A DNA stretch of 64,000 bases from Clarias gariepinus (Eukaryota), in the NCBI RefSeq assembly GCF_024256425.1, contig NC_071110.1:2444274-2508273 (forward strand), given 5' to 3'. The position numbers and the translations under genes are program-made. A model generated the notes under the pieces. The model did not search any database and was not told where the DNA came from. It saw only the letters and a list, made by a program, of their open reading frames with translations. This document shows positions 33,722 to 47,780 of the stretch, piece by piece (positions within the stretch are counted from its first letter, which is position 1; each line of letters begins with the position of its first letter).

Positions 33722-34046
33722 GAATTTGTCACTACTCTTCTCTCATGCAGCACGGCTAAAAAGATAATAAAAATTACACCAAAGTGCTGCAGGTTTGGTG
33801 TCCGTGAGCTTTTCCTAATCAGAGTTAGACGGGGGGCATTTTGTGCCTGATCCAGTTACACTCTACTTAGATATTACACAGAGGGGAGTTCACTTCTGTT
33901 CTCTTCATCCTAGCTTAATTTCATATCATAAAATAATAGTAAGTTTTGGAACCCGCCAGTGTTGTGTATGGACAGGGTAGCATAATTTTTGTCATTTTTA
34001 TTATCTTTTTAGCCGTGCTGCGTAAGAGAAGAGTAGTGACAAATTC
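33722..34046. repeat. Foldback inverted repeat, arms about 50-55 bp (33722-33776 and 33993-34046), loop about 215 bp
   Basis: gtcactactcttctctcatgcagcacggctaaaaagataataaaaat is the reverse complement of atttttattatctttttagccgtgctgcgtaagagaagagtagtgac. Confidence 0.7.
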
Positions 34047-34338
34047 ATTTCGTTACTAGACTATTTTGTCTGCAAGTGAAATACATCTATACGTTAATAA
34101 TTTACACCACGATAACATTACTGCAGAAGGATCTAGAGACGTGACTTTGAGACGTTCACAGTATATTCGGATCGTAGACGGGGTTTATTTTGCAGAACAT
34201 TACAAAACAGCCATGTCCAATAAAACAGTGCATCTTTAATAAGCCACATTGGTTTCGAGTTAGAAGTAAAATTAACGAAAGACTAAGAAGCCCTGTAAAC
34301 TTGACCCTGACAATAATAGTCGATTGTTTTTATATTTG

Positions 34339-34340
<2 letters not shown>

Positions 34341-34400
<60 letters not shown>
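34341..34400. repeat. (AT)n microsatellite followed by poly(T)
   Basis: atatat... run. Confidence 0.9.
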
Positions 34401-34414
<14 letters not shown>

Positions 34415-34595
34415 TTTTTATGTTCAAATTAACGTTTCAGAGTAGCCTATATAATTTGTCTTGTCATCTGTTTACAGCGTTGGCTGATTTTGTGATTGAG
34501 ACCCATGGGTTACATTGAAATATTTTTATTAGTAGTAGTAAGCCAGTCTTTAGTAACCCTGGATAAATCACAATATAAGCCCTCTCTCGCGCACG

Positions 34596-34653
<58 letters not shown>

Positions 34654-36632
34654 AGTAAAACATAAAATGGCGTAAAACCAAATGAAACTATGGCAAAAAT
34701 ATATAAGCAGTAAATTACAGTAGTATCCTGTAGGTGATTCCTGTCCTGATAACAGGCGCTGACCCTCTGGAACTGTTTAGTTCTGTTAGTATTGTGTTCA
34801 AGTGTGAATGTTTATGGGGATTTAATCTGTCTCTGCTGCCGCATCTATTCACCGTAGTGATAAGTGATTAATGTCCCATCAGATCTTTGATGGGGGACGT
34901 TATGCTGGTTAAATGACTAAAGACATACTGATCCGTATGGACAGATATTTGTTTCAGATATTATGCGTTATTAATCGATTTGTTATGCCAATTTTTGACT
35001 ACCAGCGGAAAAAAAAACCCATCAGCGAAAACATCAAAAATATAACGAAAACAAACTCAAGCAGAAGTTAAAATTTAAGCTTTACTTTGCAGCAAAATAT
35101 TATCTACCAGTGTATTAAACGGAAATAGATAAAATACACCGTAATGTAAAATACTGTACATAGCCCGCATTTGTATTCCATACCTACAATGCCTGGTATA
35201 GATAAATTACAGATATTACCGTGTCTTTAAGGATTATTAAGGATGTCGTGAAAAATATTGCAATAAGTAGTTTTATTAATTAATTAAATTAATAATTAAT
35301 AAAAAATAGCATAAGCATCATGGGTTGTGTATTGAGTGATTTAAATCTGTTTTATGAATCGTTTTTTATCCCTCTTTTTTACCACATCATCTATTTATGA
35401 AACTATGTTAACGTAAGTTATGTTATATATATATTAAATATAGTAACCGGCTGCTTGAACACTGCAGTTAACTGAAGCAGTCAATGCTCCATCTGGCGGA
35501 ATTATACAGCATCACGCGCTATCACGTGACTGATACAGGTATGAATTTTATCTACAGCACAGGTAAGGAATCTTACATGCAACCATTATAGCCCCAGCTA
35601 CAATGTACATACTATTAAATTTATAAAGTGATGTCATTGCTGCATACCTTTCATCTTTGGTAATTTTGTTCTTTTCTTTCCTCTATTTTTTTAACTACGC
35701 ACCTAATGGATTTTTTATTTTTTTTTTTTACTCAATGTCTTCAGGACATTACCCACCCCAATAAAGGAAGAAGACTAAACCCCTGCATTTTGGGCATGTT
35801 TAGACTAGTTATATATAATTTTTAAAGATTTCACACAAAACTGAAAAATGGAATATGCCAGTAAAACTTTACAGTACAGTATACTGTATTTACAGCAGTA
35901 TGAATAAACTGTGGCTTTATCTGTAGCAATTTGTAACATAAAAGTGTTTGATACATTATGCCATGTGGTTATCAATAATACGGCTCTTTTCTCATTAAGT
36001 AACTGCTATCTAGCAGGTTTTACATTTCTGTGCCCTCATTGGCCAGCTGCTACAGAGAGGGAGTTACAGGACTGCATTCTCACTGGCTAGCTGTTTTTAT
36101 CTCCACAACATTCTCAGTAGGGTAGTGGCGAATTCCATTTTTTGTTGTTGTTTTTCCTGATTGAATTGCAATTATAACATTTATATTTCTCTTTCTGATT
36201 GTTCTTATTTTCAACAGGTTATTATCCATGCTTAAAACAAAAAAAGTTTTATGACCAGTTACTTACTGTAGAATCTTGGTAGTTAGGCTATAATCACTGC
36301 TAGGTGCTTGAGAAAAAAAGGGTGTATCAGCGTAGAGATAATACTGTATATAGACCTGGGAAGAGGTTTTAGAAATAGTTAAGTGGGTAAAGATATAACT
36401 CTATCACATTCCTGAACCCCTCTCCCAGCCAGGGAAAACCCTCCCCAACTCATACAGCTGGCACTCTCATCGACCTTCAGAGCACATGCCTTTCTGCAGG
36501 AACAAAAGGACAAAAGGACCGTAGTTGCACAGACATTATTTAAGACAATCTTTAAAGTATGCCAGTAGGGCAAAAGTATATGATGTTTAATGTCTGTGTG
36601 TATGTTTGACTATTATTCATATTCATGCAAAT

Positions 36633-37010
36633 ATACACTACCGTTCAAAAGTTTTAGAACACTTTCTAACTTACTAATTTTTATTTATTTCTACATTGTA
36701 AAGGAATTCGGAAGGCGTCCAAAAAATGCATTAATCTATTTTGAACAGCTGATATTGAGATGTTTCTGCTACTTCTGCTCTGTAAAGACTTCATAACGCC
36801 TCTAATCTGAGGTGCTGTTAATTGGTCATTTTTCAGGCTGATAACTCTAAATGAACTTCTCGTCTGCGGCAAAGGTAGGTTATGGTCTCGCCCTCCTGGG
36901 ACGGCCTTCATGAGAGCCAGTTTCATTATGGTGCTTGATGGTTTTTGCAAATGCACTTGACAATACTGTTCTTGCAAGAACTGTTACAAAAAGGCTGACC
37001 TCTGTGTCTT
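36633..37010 (-). mobile_element. Tc1-like transposon fragment (terminal repeat plus 5' part of a transposase pseudogene)
   Basis: Terminus-like tacactaccgttcaaaagtttt. Minus-strand ORF 36681-36977 shows Tc1 transposase N-terminal-like motifs (...NISISAVQNRL...). Confidence 0.5.
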
Positions 37011-39147
37011 AAAATAACAACTTTATATTAAAATTAAAAACTCCAACTGGATGAGCCCCACATGACAGACGAAACATCGGGCTAATGTATGCACAAAAGA
37101 GAGAACCATGTGGGGTGTGGTCAAAAACCCAAGGTCCGAACAGGCTCTGCACATCGTCGTCAGTAGCAAGCAAGCTTGCCCACTTTATCACCTTGCGACC
37201 AGGCCATCCACTTTACAAGAACCTCAACAAGACTTCCAAGTTCGAGGAACTCCGAAGTCTTGCAAGGAAGAAACCCTCAGAAGAAGTTCTAGAGTGCTGC
37301 CATCGGTAACTAAGCAACCAACCCCGAAAAACAGCATCCCAACAACAGCGCACCAACCAATGAGCAACACCGTGATTCCCTTCGCTGGAGGCAAACCACT
37401 GGAGGAGACAGAAACATAATGCAAGCAAACAAACAAAGTGTCATACCCTGCTGAAAATTGGTACGCGATCCAAAATTAAACAGTACGATTAAACCCAATG
37501 CTCTGCGCTTGTGACTTTTCCAGATCTAGTAACCAGTACTAAAAAAAATTCATTAACTTTTACCCTCTGAACTGTTTGTGTGTATATGTGTGTGCTTAAG
37601 TAGTGTAGATTCATGTATCGTAGATTAGTTAAATAAATTCTTGTTTCTTGTATTTTAAAGCCTATCCATTTGCCTAGATCTTGCATTAACTTGCTCATAA
37701 TTGATAAACACCAGGTTTTTTATCATCCTTGTTGGCACCGGGTTAAACAGAATTGGCAAGATACACTCAATGGTGCTATACGGTATTTGGATAGAAGATA
37801 AAGTGTATGCTACAGATTGTAAAATGTATGTTTGCTGACAGAGAGGGTTCTCATCACCCGTCACTTTATGTTAGACTGCATAAGTAATGTGTGCATACTT
37901 CTTCCTTATCTTCTTCTTCTTATTATTATTCATATATGGTCGCACATGATCTTATAAATGTAGCTGGTAAGAAAAAAACGTTTCCAGCCCTGTTCCTATA
38001 GCCCTTACATACACCAAGCAACTAATTTCTCCTTTAAAAATTGTCATCTACTTTTTGACTGATTCTTTTTACTAAAAGATTGACATAATGCTGTGGACTT
38101 TAAGTAACTAAAGAGAAATATATTTTCTTTGCATAAGGGTGTCTACAAGAAAGTATAAAAGCAAGAAGCAAGAAATTAACTGAAGGTTTCAACCATAACA
38201 GCTTGAAAAAAATTTAAATCTTCTAAAACTCTAATTTTGTCACAGCAATCACAGATAATCTGAAATTGTGTGTAGCTTATGTGGATCATCAGCATCTCAC
38301 TTTCCATAAGTGTCTGAGTGTAAACAGAAAGGTTATACGTAAAATAATGAGTAAAGTACCTGTAACTCTAATAGCTATATAAGCACAACACTTCATCACA
38401 TTTTCCTCTTCTGTACAGGGAAGTGATCAGGGTCCTTAAAGTTAGCAGACACGAGGAGCATTCGAAGATAACTTTGTTTTAAGCTAACCTGTACAATAAT
38501 TTGCATATTCGTGGGTTAGAATTGCAAAGCTTTATCCTTTATCATCTTATACATGCATTTAAAATGTCACCATGAGATGCACATACAATTACAGGAGATG
38601 CTCTCAATCTTAATAACGTTAGTATTTAATATTATCTTACCAGTCGCTCGCAGGCTCTCTGCTGGACCAGACTCCACGTTGTCCAGTTCAGATGATAAAG
38701 GTAGATGGTGTCGTGGGACTGAGCAGTTCTGACTCGATCACACTGGATGCTATTTATTTTTTATTATTATTTATCTATTCGTATTCCTCACTTCAGTATC
38801 ACACCATGTGTTGTGTATAGCTTGAGCCGCACTTTGTTCAGCTCTTCAGCATTGCTTAATATTGCTGCATGGATACTTACGTAAATATCTACATTTTTAT
38901 GTATAGTGTCCGATTGTCTTTAGATGTTTTTCGTCTGCCTGAATTTTGAGCAAACACTGTACTTTAGCATAACTTCACAGAGATTCTTTAGCAGTCACAT
39001 TTGTTTGTCAAACAGTAATTATGTCATTTCCTGTTTTGAGCATAAGTGCGTACACATGTCCCACCTACATTGCTCGGGAATGCATTAATCATGCATTAAT
39101 CACTCAAGTGTGTTATAGTGTGGTAAGTTTTCCATCTTTCTCGTTCT

Positions 39148-39236
39148 CTCTCAGCTGGGCCTGTTTGTGCGTGAGTCAGATCGTGTGTGGAAATGCACTT
39201 GGGGAAATTTACACTCTGTCCTGGAAGGGCTGATTA
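39148..39236 (+). pseudogene. Degenerate duplicate of the WD40 gene terminal exon (pseudo-exon) followed by a duplicated 3'-UTR-like sequence
   Basis: cagctgggcctgtttgtgcgtgagtcagatcgtgtgtggaaatgcacttggggaaatttacactctgtcctggaagggctga corresponds to 26545-26666 (cagcttggcctgtttgtgtgtgac...cagatcgtgtgtggagacgcactggggcaaatctacttcctgtcctggaagggctaa) with an internal deletion of about 35 bp. The downstream blocks 39240-39340 and 39780-40170 resemble 26667-26770 and 28600-29020. Confidence 0.65.
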
Positions 39237-41630
39237 ACACACTGTCCCCCCCACACACTCTGCATACCATGAGTTTAACATTTAACACTCTGTGCCCTGA
39301 GTTTGTCATCTCATCACTTTGTAAAAGTGCAATTTGGTACAGATTTGCTCTGACCTACTGAACAGTTACAAGTACACACTACACAATTGCACCTTAAACA
39401 TGATCCTATATGAAACATGGACTAAAAACATCTCTATATGTTTACTTTTATTAGGAATGTCAGTAACTATAAAAATGTATGATTTGCTAATTAGACTCAA
39501 CCCTATTTCTTCCTGCTTTCCCAAACATCTGGCTATGTTTTACCTACGTTTTCTAAGTTATATTAGGATTTTGGTCATAAACACTTTAATTAACTATGCC
39601 CTGTTGTTGCACAACGTCAAAGCAATAAATGTAGGAACTTTAAAAACTTTACAATTTATTTACTGCACTTCTAGAATAAAGCTCCTTACCAAGCATGCCA
39701 CTATGAATTTATACATTTTAGGAAATTTTTAGGATTTTTTAATTTATTTTAATTGAATTTTATAATACCTTACACAATGAACACTTAAAAAGTATTGGTT
39801 GGGTATGTGTAATGGCTGATTTCTCTTTTAAAGCCTCATTAAAGGTTGATAAAAACACAATACATCATAATGCACCAGGATGACTGACTTCACTTGATAA
39901 TTTTTTTTGTATTAATTATACATGCAGTGACACTTATTTAATGAATTTTCTAGATGTACAGTAATATACAAAACAAAAAAGATTCAACCACCAACATTAG
40001 TACAGAAAGACACAACATTTATGATTTATTATTTCTAAAGAAGCCAAAAGAGAATTTTAGAGACATTGTGCACATTTTCAATCAGTATAAAAATTTTACA
40101 TTTTAATGTGCACTTTTATTTACATTTTATTTATAATAAGTATGATTGATGATGATGATGATGATAAAAGAAAAACAGTCACTGTACTGCTGCTTCCAGT
40201 GAAGTCTGCATGTTTTTATTATACTGTACATTATACATTACAGTACTGTATGTTTTATATACATTTTTATGCATCGAAACTTTCTGCAATACAGTGACCA
40301 CAGTGACGACTACACTGTGTGCACAATTGTTAGGCAAGTTGTATTTTTTATGATTGATCTAATTATTACAACTATAGTACAGTGCTCTCAATCAACCCAA
40401 AATATTAATAAACCTCAAACCTGAATATTTAAGGAAGTAAAAGTGAGTTTTTTCCTTTCTTAGGAGACTATTCATGTGTGCACAATTTTTGGCAACTATT
40501 AGAATTACTATGCAACTTAATGAATGAATAAAAAAATCCCCATATTATGTTTATTTTTATATATTAAAGTAAGAAAAATAAACAAATACCTCAAAATTTA
40601 CAAATAAACATTTTTGACACGGAAAAAAAAAATATTGACCAATATAGCCACCCTTCTTTTCAATAAGTCATAAGCCTTCCATTAATGTAAAGTTTTTTCT
40701 TTTTTTTTTTTTGTGCAGCAGCAACTACAGCCTCCCATTTTTCAGAGAGATGTACTGTTTATCCTCATCTTACTGTAAATCTCTCATTTTAAAAGGGCCC
40801 ACAACTTCTCACTAGGGTGTAGGTCAGGTGAGGAAGGGGGCCATGTCATTTTTATTTTTCATCTTTAAGGCCTTTACTGGCTAGGCATGCAGTGAATTAC
40901 TTTAATGCATGCGAGGGGGTATTTCTTGGCCCAGTCCTAATGTTACAACTTATGTGTCTTGTTCTGTGGTGGTCGGGTTTCAGCCTTCCTTACCTGGCCA
41001 TGTCTCTGAGCACTGAACACTTCTGGGTACAATAGGTACGTTGCAGTTCTGGAATATGACAGCACTGGAAGATAATGGGTTCCTGGTAGCTTCACTTTTA
41101 ATTCTTCTCAAATCTTTTGCAGTTAATTTGTGTCTTTTTTTTTCACAACATGTTACTTGCAACCCTGTTGACTATTTGCAACGTTTAATGATTCTGTGAT
41201 CACACCCCAATATCTTAGCAATTTAAAGAGTGCTGCATCCCTCTTAAGACTTTTTGCTCTCTTTTTTTTTTTTTTACTTTTTTAGAATTAATTAAATCTC
41301 TTCTTTTGGCCCATTTTGCCTGAGGAAGCCAACACCCTCCCTCGTTACAGACATACACATCATCATCATCATCATGTTTGAGCTTTGTTTTATGTTTTAA
41401 CAAACCTGACTCTCTTTTTATGTAAAAGAAAAAAATCTATTTTTTTCTATATGTTTAGAGGTGTGTATTCTAAGTGAGGCAGATATAAAATCCTATATTC
41501 TAGCCTCTGTTACTCTGTGTCACTAATTCATACAATTATTATTTTAAATGAGACCTTGATGATGAATATAATGCAAAGAATGTGGCAACTGTGCTCCTTT
41601 AGGTTAAATCTAAGTTTAAGTCATCTTCAT

Positions 41631-42196
41631 TTACATAATAGATAATTCATCACTATTGTCTACATTTAATTCTGGATCACATAAATTTATAGTTGGGTAA
41701 AAATAACATATCCTGAACCCAGCGTACAGCGGCTGAGTGAATGTGGTGTGGACACTGTGGAGGAGACTCATCGTGTCAGAGACGCTGTAAAAGGCCAGAG
41801 TTCCTGCACTATGATCCACATACACTCCTATTCTGGACGGTAATGGACATTGGAGTTTTATTTCAGTGTTGTTGTGCCAGAAAGATACAGACTTAAGGTA
41901 ACACTGCAGATTCCAGGAATGACTGTTGCGTCCAAACACACCCTCGTCACCCTCTCCTTTCCTGCTGATCTCTTTATATGAGACTGATACGTTCACACCC
42001 ATACCCTTACACTCTACCTCCCAGTAACAGCGTCCACACACACTCTCTCGACACAACACCTGAGGCGAGGAGTCAAATCTCTCTGGATGCTGACAGTATT
42101 GATGTGCTTCCCTACTGCGTGTCACTGCTCTGCTCCTCTCAGACAGAATGAGCTGATCGTGTGCTGTGTTGGGATCCAAAGTCAGATAACGAAAAT
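41631..42196 (-). CDS. B30.2 (PRY/SPRY) domain exon, finTRIM-like, full-length open
   Basis: Acceptor tgtttcag| on the minus strand. Encodes DFRYLTLDPNTAHDQLILSE...HPERFDSSPQVLCRESVCGRCYWEVEC...RIGVYVDHSAGTLAFYSVSDTMSLLHSVHTTFTQPLYAGF...NLCDPE, the canonical PRY/SPRY motifs. Confidence 0.75.
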
Positions 42197-44338
42197 CTGA
42201 AACAATAAAAATATCCACAGGCTAGATATTAATCACAAGTTTATAATAAAGTGCCTTACAATTTATTCAAGTTTCTTAAAAGTCACTACATTCATCTGAA
42301 TTACAAATTATACATGTAATGCTTTTATACTTTAATTTTTTACTTTTTCCATCAAAATCTATTATTTTTTGGCAAAACCTGAAAAAATGCTGTTTACATA
42401 ACTATTTAAGTTCTTCAGCTGGGTACTATATGGAGCTATTATTTGCAGCTTTAACAGCTTTAGATCTGCTGCGGTAAGATACCCCGAAGTCAAAATGATC
42501 AGATAGTCCCTGATGAGAAAGCTGAGGATGAGGGTGGCAAGGAAAAACTCCCTAAGATAGCAACAGTTTTGCGGTGGCCGCAAGTATGGTTCATCATGAT
42601 ACACCGCAAGTTTTGGCACTGTGATTAGGTTTCCATCTTTCCACGCGTCGGTCCTCGCATAGTCAAACTGAATAAGAAAAATAGAGGTATAACAGCAGGG
42701 GGCAAGTTATCGGAGGCGGGGCTTGTAGGACAACTTTTACACACACTAATGGATTGGGAATGACTGCTCTCTGACTCACAGATTACATAAATTGTCTGAT
42801 CAACGGATTACATTTTTGAAAAAATAACTAAAAAACTGAGTACTTAAATGGTGGACCTAAAGCGTTAGATTACTCGTTACAAATCAAAAAGTCCTTTGTA
42901 ACATGTTACACCCAACACTGGATAGGACCCACTCATGAAGCAGGTCACACCTTAAAGTTAGTATTATCCTTAAGATTAATTATAGGAAATATAACCATAA
43001 TTCCATAGTCTGAAGCTATCTCAGATCACTTTCTTGTCTCAATTAAAGTGTGTCACAGTAATAATGTACGCACAGCACTGCGCTACAACATTAAACGTAC
43101 AAGCAGGCACTCCGGCAGGACTAACTATGACAGCATAACTAAAAGGGAGGAGCCAGAAGGAAACACAGACATGAGGGCCCCCTGAGATGTAAAGCAACCA
43201 ATCACCTCACCGTCACCAAACCTGAGTGATCAATGAGCGTGAGGAGGACAGCATCCAAACATACAAGTTCACCATAATACTCTACGTCCATGAGTCCCCC
43301 AGATCTGCTCCTTTATCTAAGGCTAATCTATTTATAAAAATGCTTGGCTAAATAAATAGGTTTTTAGCCTGGACTTAAACACTGAGACTGTGTCTGAGGC
43401 CCGAACATCAATTGGAAGACTATTTCATAACTTTGGGGCTTTGTAAGAAAAAGCTCTGCCCCCAGCTGTATTTTTCATAATACGCGGTACTGACAAGCAG
43501 CCTGCATCCTTTGATCGAAGTAGGCGTGGCGAATCGTAAGACACTAGCAGTTCACTCAGATACTGCTGCATGAGATTTTTTAATACCTTATATGGGAAAA
43601 AGTAGTATTTTATAATCTATGCAAAATTACACTGGGCGCCAATGCAGTGTGGGTAAGATAGGGATGATGTGCTCGTATCTTTTGGTTCTAGAGTGGACTC
43701 TCGCTAATGCATTCTGAAGCTACTTTATGCACCTAGTTAAATCAGCTGTTAGGCATTACAATAGTCCAACCTAAAGGTGATAAAAGGATAAGAATTTTTT
43801 TTTCTACATCCTTTAGTGGCATTATATTCTTAATTTTTGCAATATTTCTGAGATCAAATAATGCTATCCTGGTAATATCATCTACATGACCTTCAAATTA
43901 CAGATTGGAATCTATAAACACACCGAAGTCTTATACTGTTGTATAAGAGTTACTGTGTAATCAAAAATTTACACAGAGTTACTGTGTAATTAAAAAACTT
44001 GTGTTATTTTTTGTTTGCTAGTTAGACCTAATCCTAATTTTAGATTGTGGAAAGTGCTCCCCTCTGATGTTACAGTAGATCTGCATCCTTAGTTCAGGTT
44101 TTTAAATCTCGTGTTAAAACACATTTGTACTCTCTCGCTTTTAATTCTTGACTTTGCCACTGCATGTTATGTATGTTATGTATTTTATTTATTTTATAAT
44201 TTCTTGGATGTTCAGTCCCTTGGTCTACGCACAAAGGGGTATATAAATAAATGAGACTTGAGACTAATCTGAAAAGTTTGTAATATAAATAAATCATTAT
44301 GATATGTTTTTTTCTTGGTGGTGGGGGTCATCTGGTAC

Positions 44339-44340
<2 letters not shown>

Positions 44341-44370
<30 letters not shown>
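44341..44370. repeat. (GT)n microsatellite
   Basis: gtgtgt... run. Confidence 0.9.
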
Positions 44371-44372
<2 letters not shown>

Positions 44373-44694
44373 TTACACCTACACTTCAGAAAATCTTCTC
44401 TGTATTTTGGTTCTAAGGGTAAACCCTTTTGAACTACTGCAGCTGTGGAGACACAAAGACAAAACTTAGACAAATTAAATATGTTTAGAGCCCCATCAAA
44501 AATACTGACAGAAACTGTCTTATCACTATGCAGTCTTTGATTATAAAAATCAGCTAATTCAAAAATGTTAAAACATGTTAATAACTTTAAACACATAACG
44601 ATATGTGTGTTTTTTCACTTTCTGCTAGAATAAAAGTATCAAAAAGCAGGATTATAGCTAAATATAGTTAAATCTAAGTTAAAGTCATCTTCAT

Positions 44695-45195
44695 CTATAT
44701 AGAAAATAAATCTTCACTATTGTGTACATTTAATTCTGGATCACATAAATTTATAGTTGAGTAATAATAACACATACTGAACCCAGCGTATAGAGGCTGA
44801 GTGAATGTGGTGTGGACACTGTGGAGGAGACTCATCGTGTCAGAAGGACAGAGTTCCTCCACATACACTCCTATTCTGGACGGTGATGGACCTTGGAGTT
44901 TTATTTCACTGTTGTCAGGCCATAAAGATACAGATGTAGGATAACATCCAAAAATGCATCCAAACACATACTCCTCACTCTCTCCTTTCCTGCTGATCTC
45001 TTTATATGAGACTGATACGTCCACACCCATACACTTACACTCTACCTCCCAGTAACAGCGTCCACACACACTCTCTCTCGACACAACACCTGAGGCGAGG
45101 AGTCAAATCTCTCTGGATGCTGACTGTATTGTTGTGCTTCCTTACCGCGTGTCACTGCTCCGCTCCTCTCAGACAGAATGAGCTGGTCATGAGCT
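44695..45195 (-). CDS. Tandem duplicate B30.2 exon with three in-frame deletions relative to 41631-42196; likely 3' exon of the TRIM gene at 45.6-48.4 kb, or a decaying copy
   Basis: Same acceptor context and about 90% identity to copy 1. It lacks RYLTLDP, has a shorter variable loop, and has VYVEELCPSDT in place of VYVDHSAGTLAFYSVSDT. The frame is open throughout. Confidence 0.6.
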
Positions 45196-45882
45196 GTGTT
45201 GAAATCTGAAACAGAACCTGTAATAATTTTAATATGATATATAGTATATCAATATGTAAAAAGCAGGATTGTAGCTGCTCTCAAGAGCAGAGAGAGTTCA
45301 TTTCATCACTCTTTACTTTTGGATTTCTTCTATTTAACTTGACATCTATTCTTAAGCATATTTACAACATTTAATTTGTGAGATTCATTAAAATCAGTTT
45401 CTGGATTTGATGGAACTTACAAGGTTAATATTCATCTATGATTGTTAAGGTAGTCTTGTTCTTATCTAAGCTTTAAACCTGCTTCTTAATTTCTTCTTTC
45501 ATTTGATTCAAAATAAAAGTTTTTAGCACATTACCGCATTCATAAATTTTTTTGAATACATCCTCAAAGATTTCCTCAACTTGTGTTCTAAGTTTTGAGA
45601 GAGATTGCTGCACTCCATCAAATGAGAAATTTCTATTGACGAAGAAGCGGTGTGAGTCCTCACGTTCAGGGGAAACACAGAGAGACAGGAAACCCTACAG
45701 AGAGGAAACACATCATAGAGAAGGAGAAAAGTGTAGGAGAGGAACGAATGAATCTCAGACTGAATCAGACCAAAGACACACTTGTGATCTCAGACAGGAA
45801 CATTTATTGTTGCTGTAATGAGCTTTTAGGAGGAAACTTTGTGAGGAACAGCGCCCTCTGTAGATCAGACAGTGAGTGTTAC

Positions 45883-46116
45883 CTGGAGGAAGTGGATGTG
45901 ATCGTGTGTGTGTGAAAGGGGCTTCATCTCAGTGACTCTCCTCTTAAGATCAGCAATCTCCTGCTCCAGTTGCTTCAGGAGTCGTTCAGCTCGACTCAGT
46001 TCAGCTTTCTCCTGAGCTCTGATTAGCTCCGTCACCTCCGAGCGCTTTTTCTCCATGGAGCTGATCAGCTCAGTGAAGATCCTCTCATTGTCGTCTACTG
46101 CTGCCTGTGAATGCAT
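45883..46116 (-). CDS. finTRIM-like gene, coiled-coil exon (234 nt)
   Basis: Encodes ...IFTELISSMEKKRSEVTELIRAQEKAELSRAERLLKQLEQEIADLKRRVTEMKPLSHTHDHIHFLQ|gtaaca. A heptad-like coiled coil. Confidence 0.7.
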
Positions 46117-46136
46117 CTGTATAAGGGCACACACAC

Positions 46137-46171
<35 letters not shown>

Positions 46172-46323
46172 GAAAAAAATTAGAGACTCAAAATAATAAG
46201 ATGGAAACAGAGAGAGTGTTTAGGTTTAATAGGTTTTCAGAAAAAAAAGCTTTGTTGGCATTATTTTAAAGTTACAGGAAAAGCAAGAAGAGGAGGGTGT
46301 TTTTATATAAGTTGATTCTCTTA

Positions 46324-46420
46324 CCTTTATGAAGTCCATGGATCGTTTCAGGTCCTGCACACTTTCTCTTTTCTTCTTTATTCTCCGCTCAAATTCCCTT
46401 TGGTTTTTCTCCAGCTCTTT
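46324..46420 (-). CDS. finTRIM-like gene, coiled-coil exon 2 (about 96 nt)
   Basis: Acceptor ttttag| and donor cataaag|gtaaga on the minus strand. Encodes ELEKNQREFERRIKKKRESVQDLKRSMDFIK. Confidence 0.6.
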
Positions 46421-47780
46421 CTAAAAGCAAATAAAATAATTTTAATTATTCCAGTATCAGAATATCAATATTATCAGCAAATAAAAAAAGGATCCACTCA
46501 TGTTCTAGGTAACTTTAAATGTCATTACCTGTTAAAGGTTTACCTAAAGCTCTCTACAGTATGTGTACTGTGCAAAAGTCTTGAGCCACCCATCTCACCC
46601 ACTGACTCATCATCTATATCGCTTTATCCTGTATTCAGGGTTGCGGGGGGCCTGGAGTCTATCCCAGGAGACTTGGGGGACAAGGCGGGGTACAACCTGG
46701 ACAGGGTGCCAATCCATCACAGGGCACACACACCTACACACACACTCATTTACACACTATGGCCAATTTTGAAATGGACAATTGGCCTAACAATTGGCCT
46801 CTTTGGACTTTGGGAGAAAACCTTTGGACCTGGAGGAAACCCACCAAGCAGGGGGAAAACATGCAATTGCACACAGAGACTGTAATCTAACCTACCCGGG
46901 AAAGCCACCCATCTATTTATATTAAATGTAATTAAATAAATGTAGACTAAATTAAAGAAATAGAAAAGAAAAAAATTCTACTGTAACAGACTGCAAAGTG
47001 CCCACAGTATACACAATATACAGTGGAACCATGGATTCATAAGTGTAAAACATGAATTTGAAACATAATTAGTTCCAGAAGCAGGCTCGTATGTCAAAAC
47101 ATTTGTAAACCAAAGCAAATTCCCCATACAAAATAATTGAAACCCAAATTATTAGTTATAAGTTATTATTATTAGTTCTTCCAAACCGTAGTCCAATGCC
47201 TTAACCACTGAGCTACCCCTGGCTCTCAGTTTTGGTTTTGTTTGTATGTGTTGTCTGGGAGAAATAACAATGTTACTACTTTTACAATACATTAAAATAG
47301 ACCAGAATTATTCACCAGGCGTAAAAATCTTATCTTTTACCTACATGAGTTACAAAACAAATGATATTTATAAGAAAGACCACACCCATAGCTGAGTTTT
47401 TATTTAAACTAACTTATCTAAAAATGAATCTCCATGTTTCTTTCACTACCACTCAGAACGTTTTGACATGACTCAGCTTTGCACCAACCACATCAATCGT
47501 GAACCGTTATGTTCATACTATACATTTTCCCAACTGTTTTTTAAGATTAATTAAAATGTATTGGAGCAATTCGGTTTCAAATGAGAAGGCAAATATTATA
47601 CCCAAGCAGCACAGCAACAAAAACTAATCAAAGTACACTGACTGCTCTGACCTATTTCATACTTTCTGACCAACAAACCTGTTCTAACAAAAATTCCCCT
47701 TACAGTGAGTGACTAAAAAAGAAACTACTATATCATTTGTATATACTTACTTTAAAAAAGTATAATGACCAAGTTCTCAC

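Noticed and set aside
37085-37500. Cluster of mutually overlapping ORFs on both strands (37085-37309, 37108-37419 +; 37213-37498 -)
   Set aside because: All frames are open simultaneously in a C/A-rich, low-stop segment. There is no recognisable domain or splice context. It is probably compositional rather than coding.
45652-45915. 87-aa + strand ORF duplicated almost exactly at 57807-58070
   Set aside because: It is antisense to the TRIM intron/exon-3 block. Conservation is explained by the paralogous duplication or gene conversion, not by coding selection on this frame.
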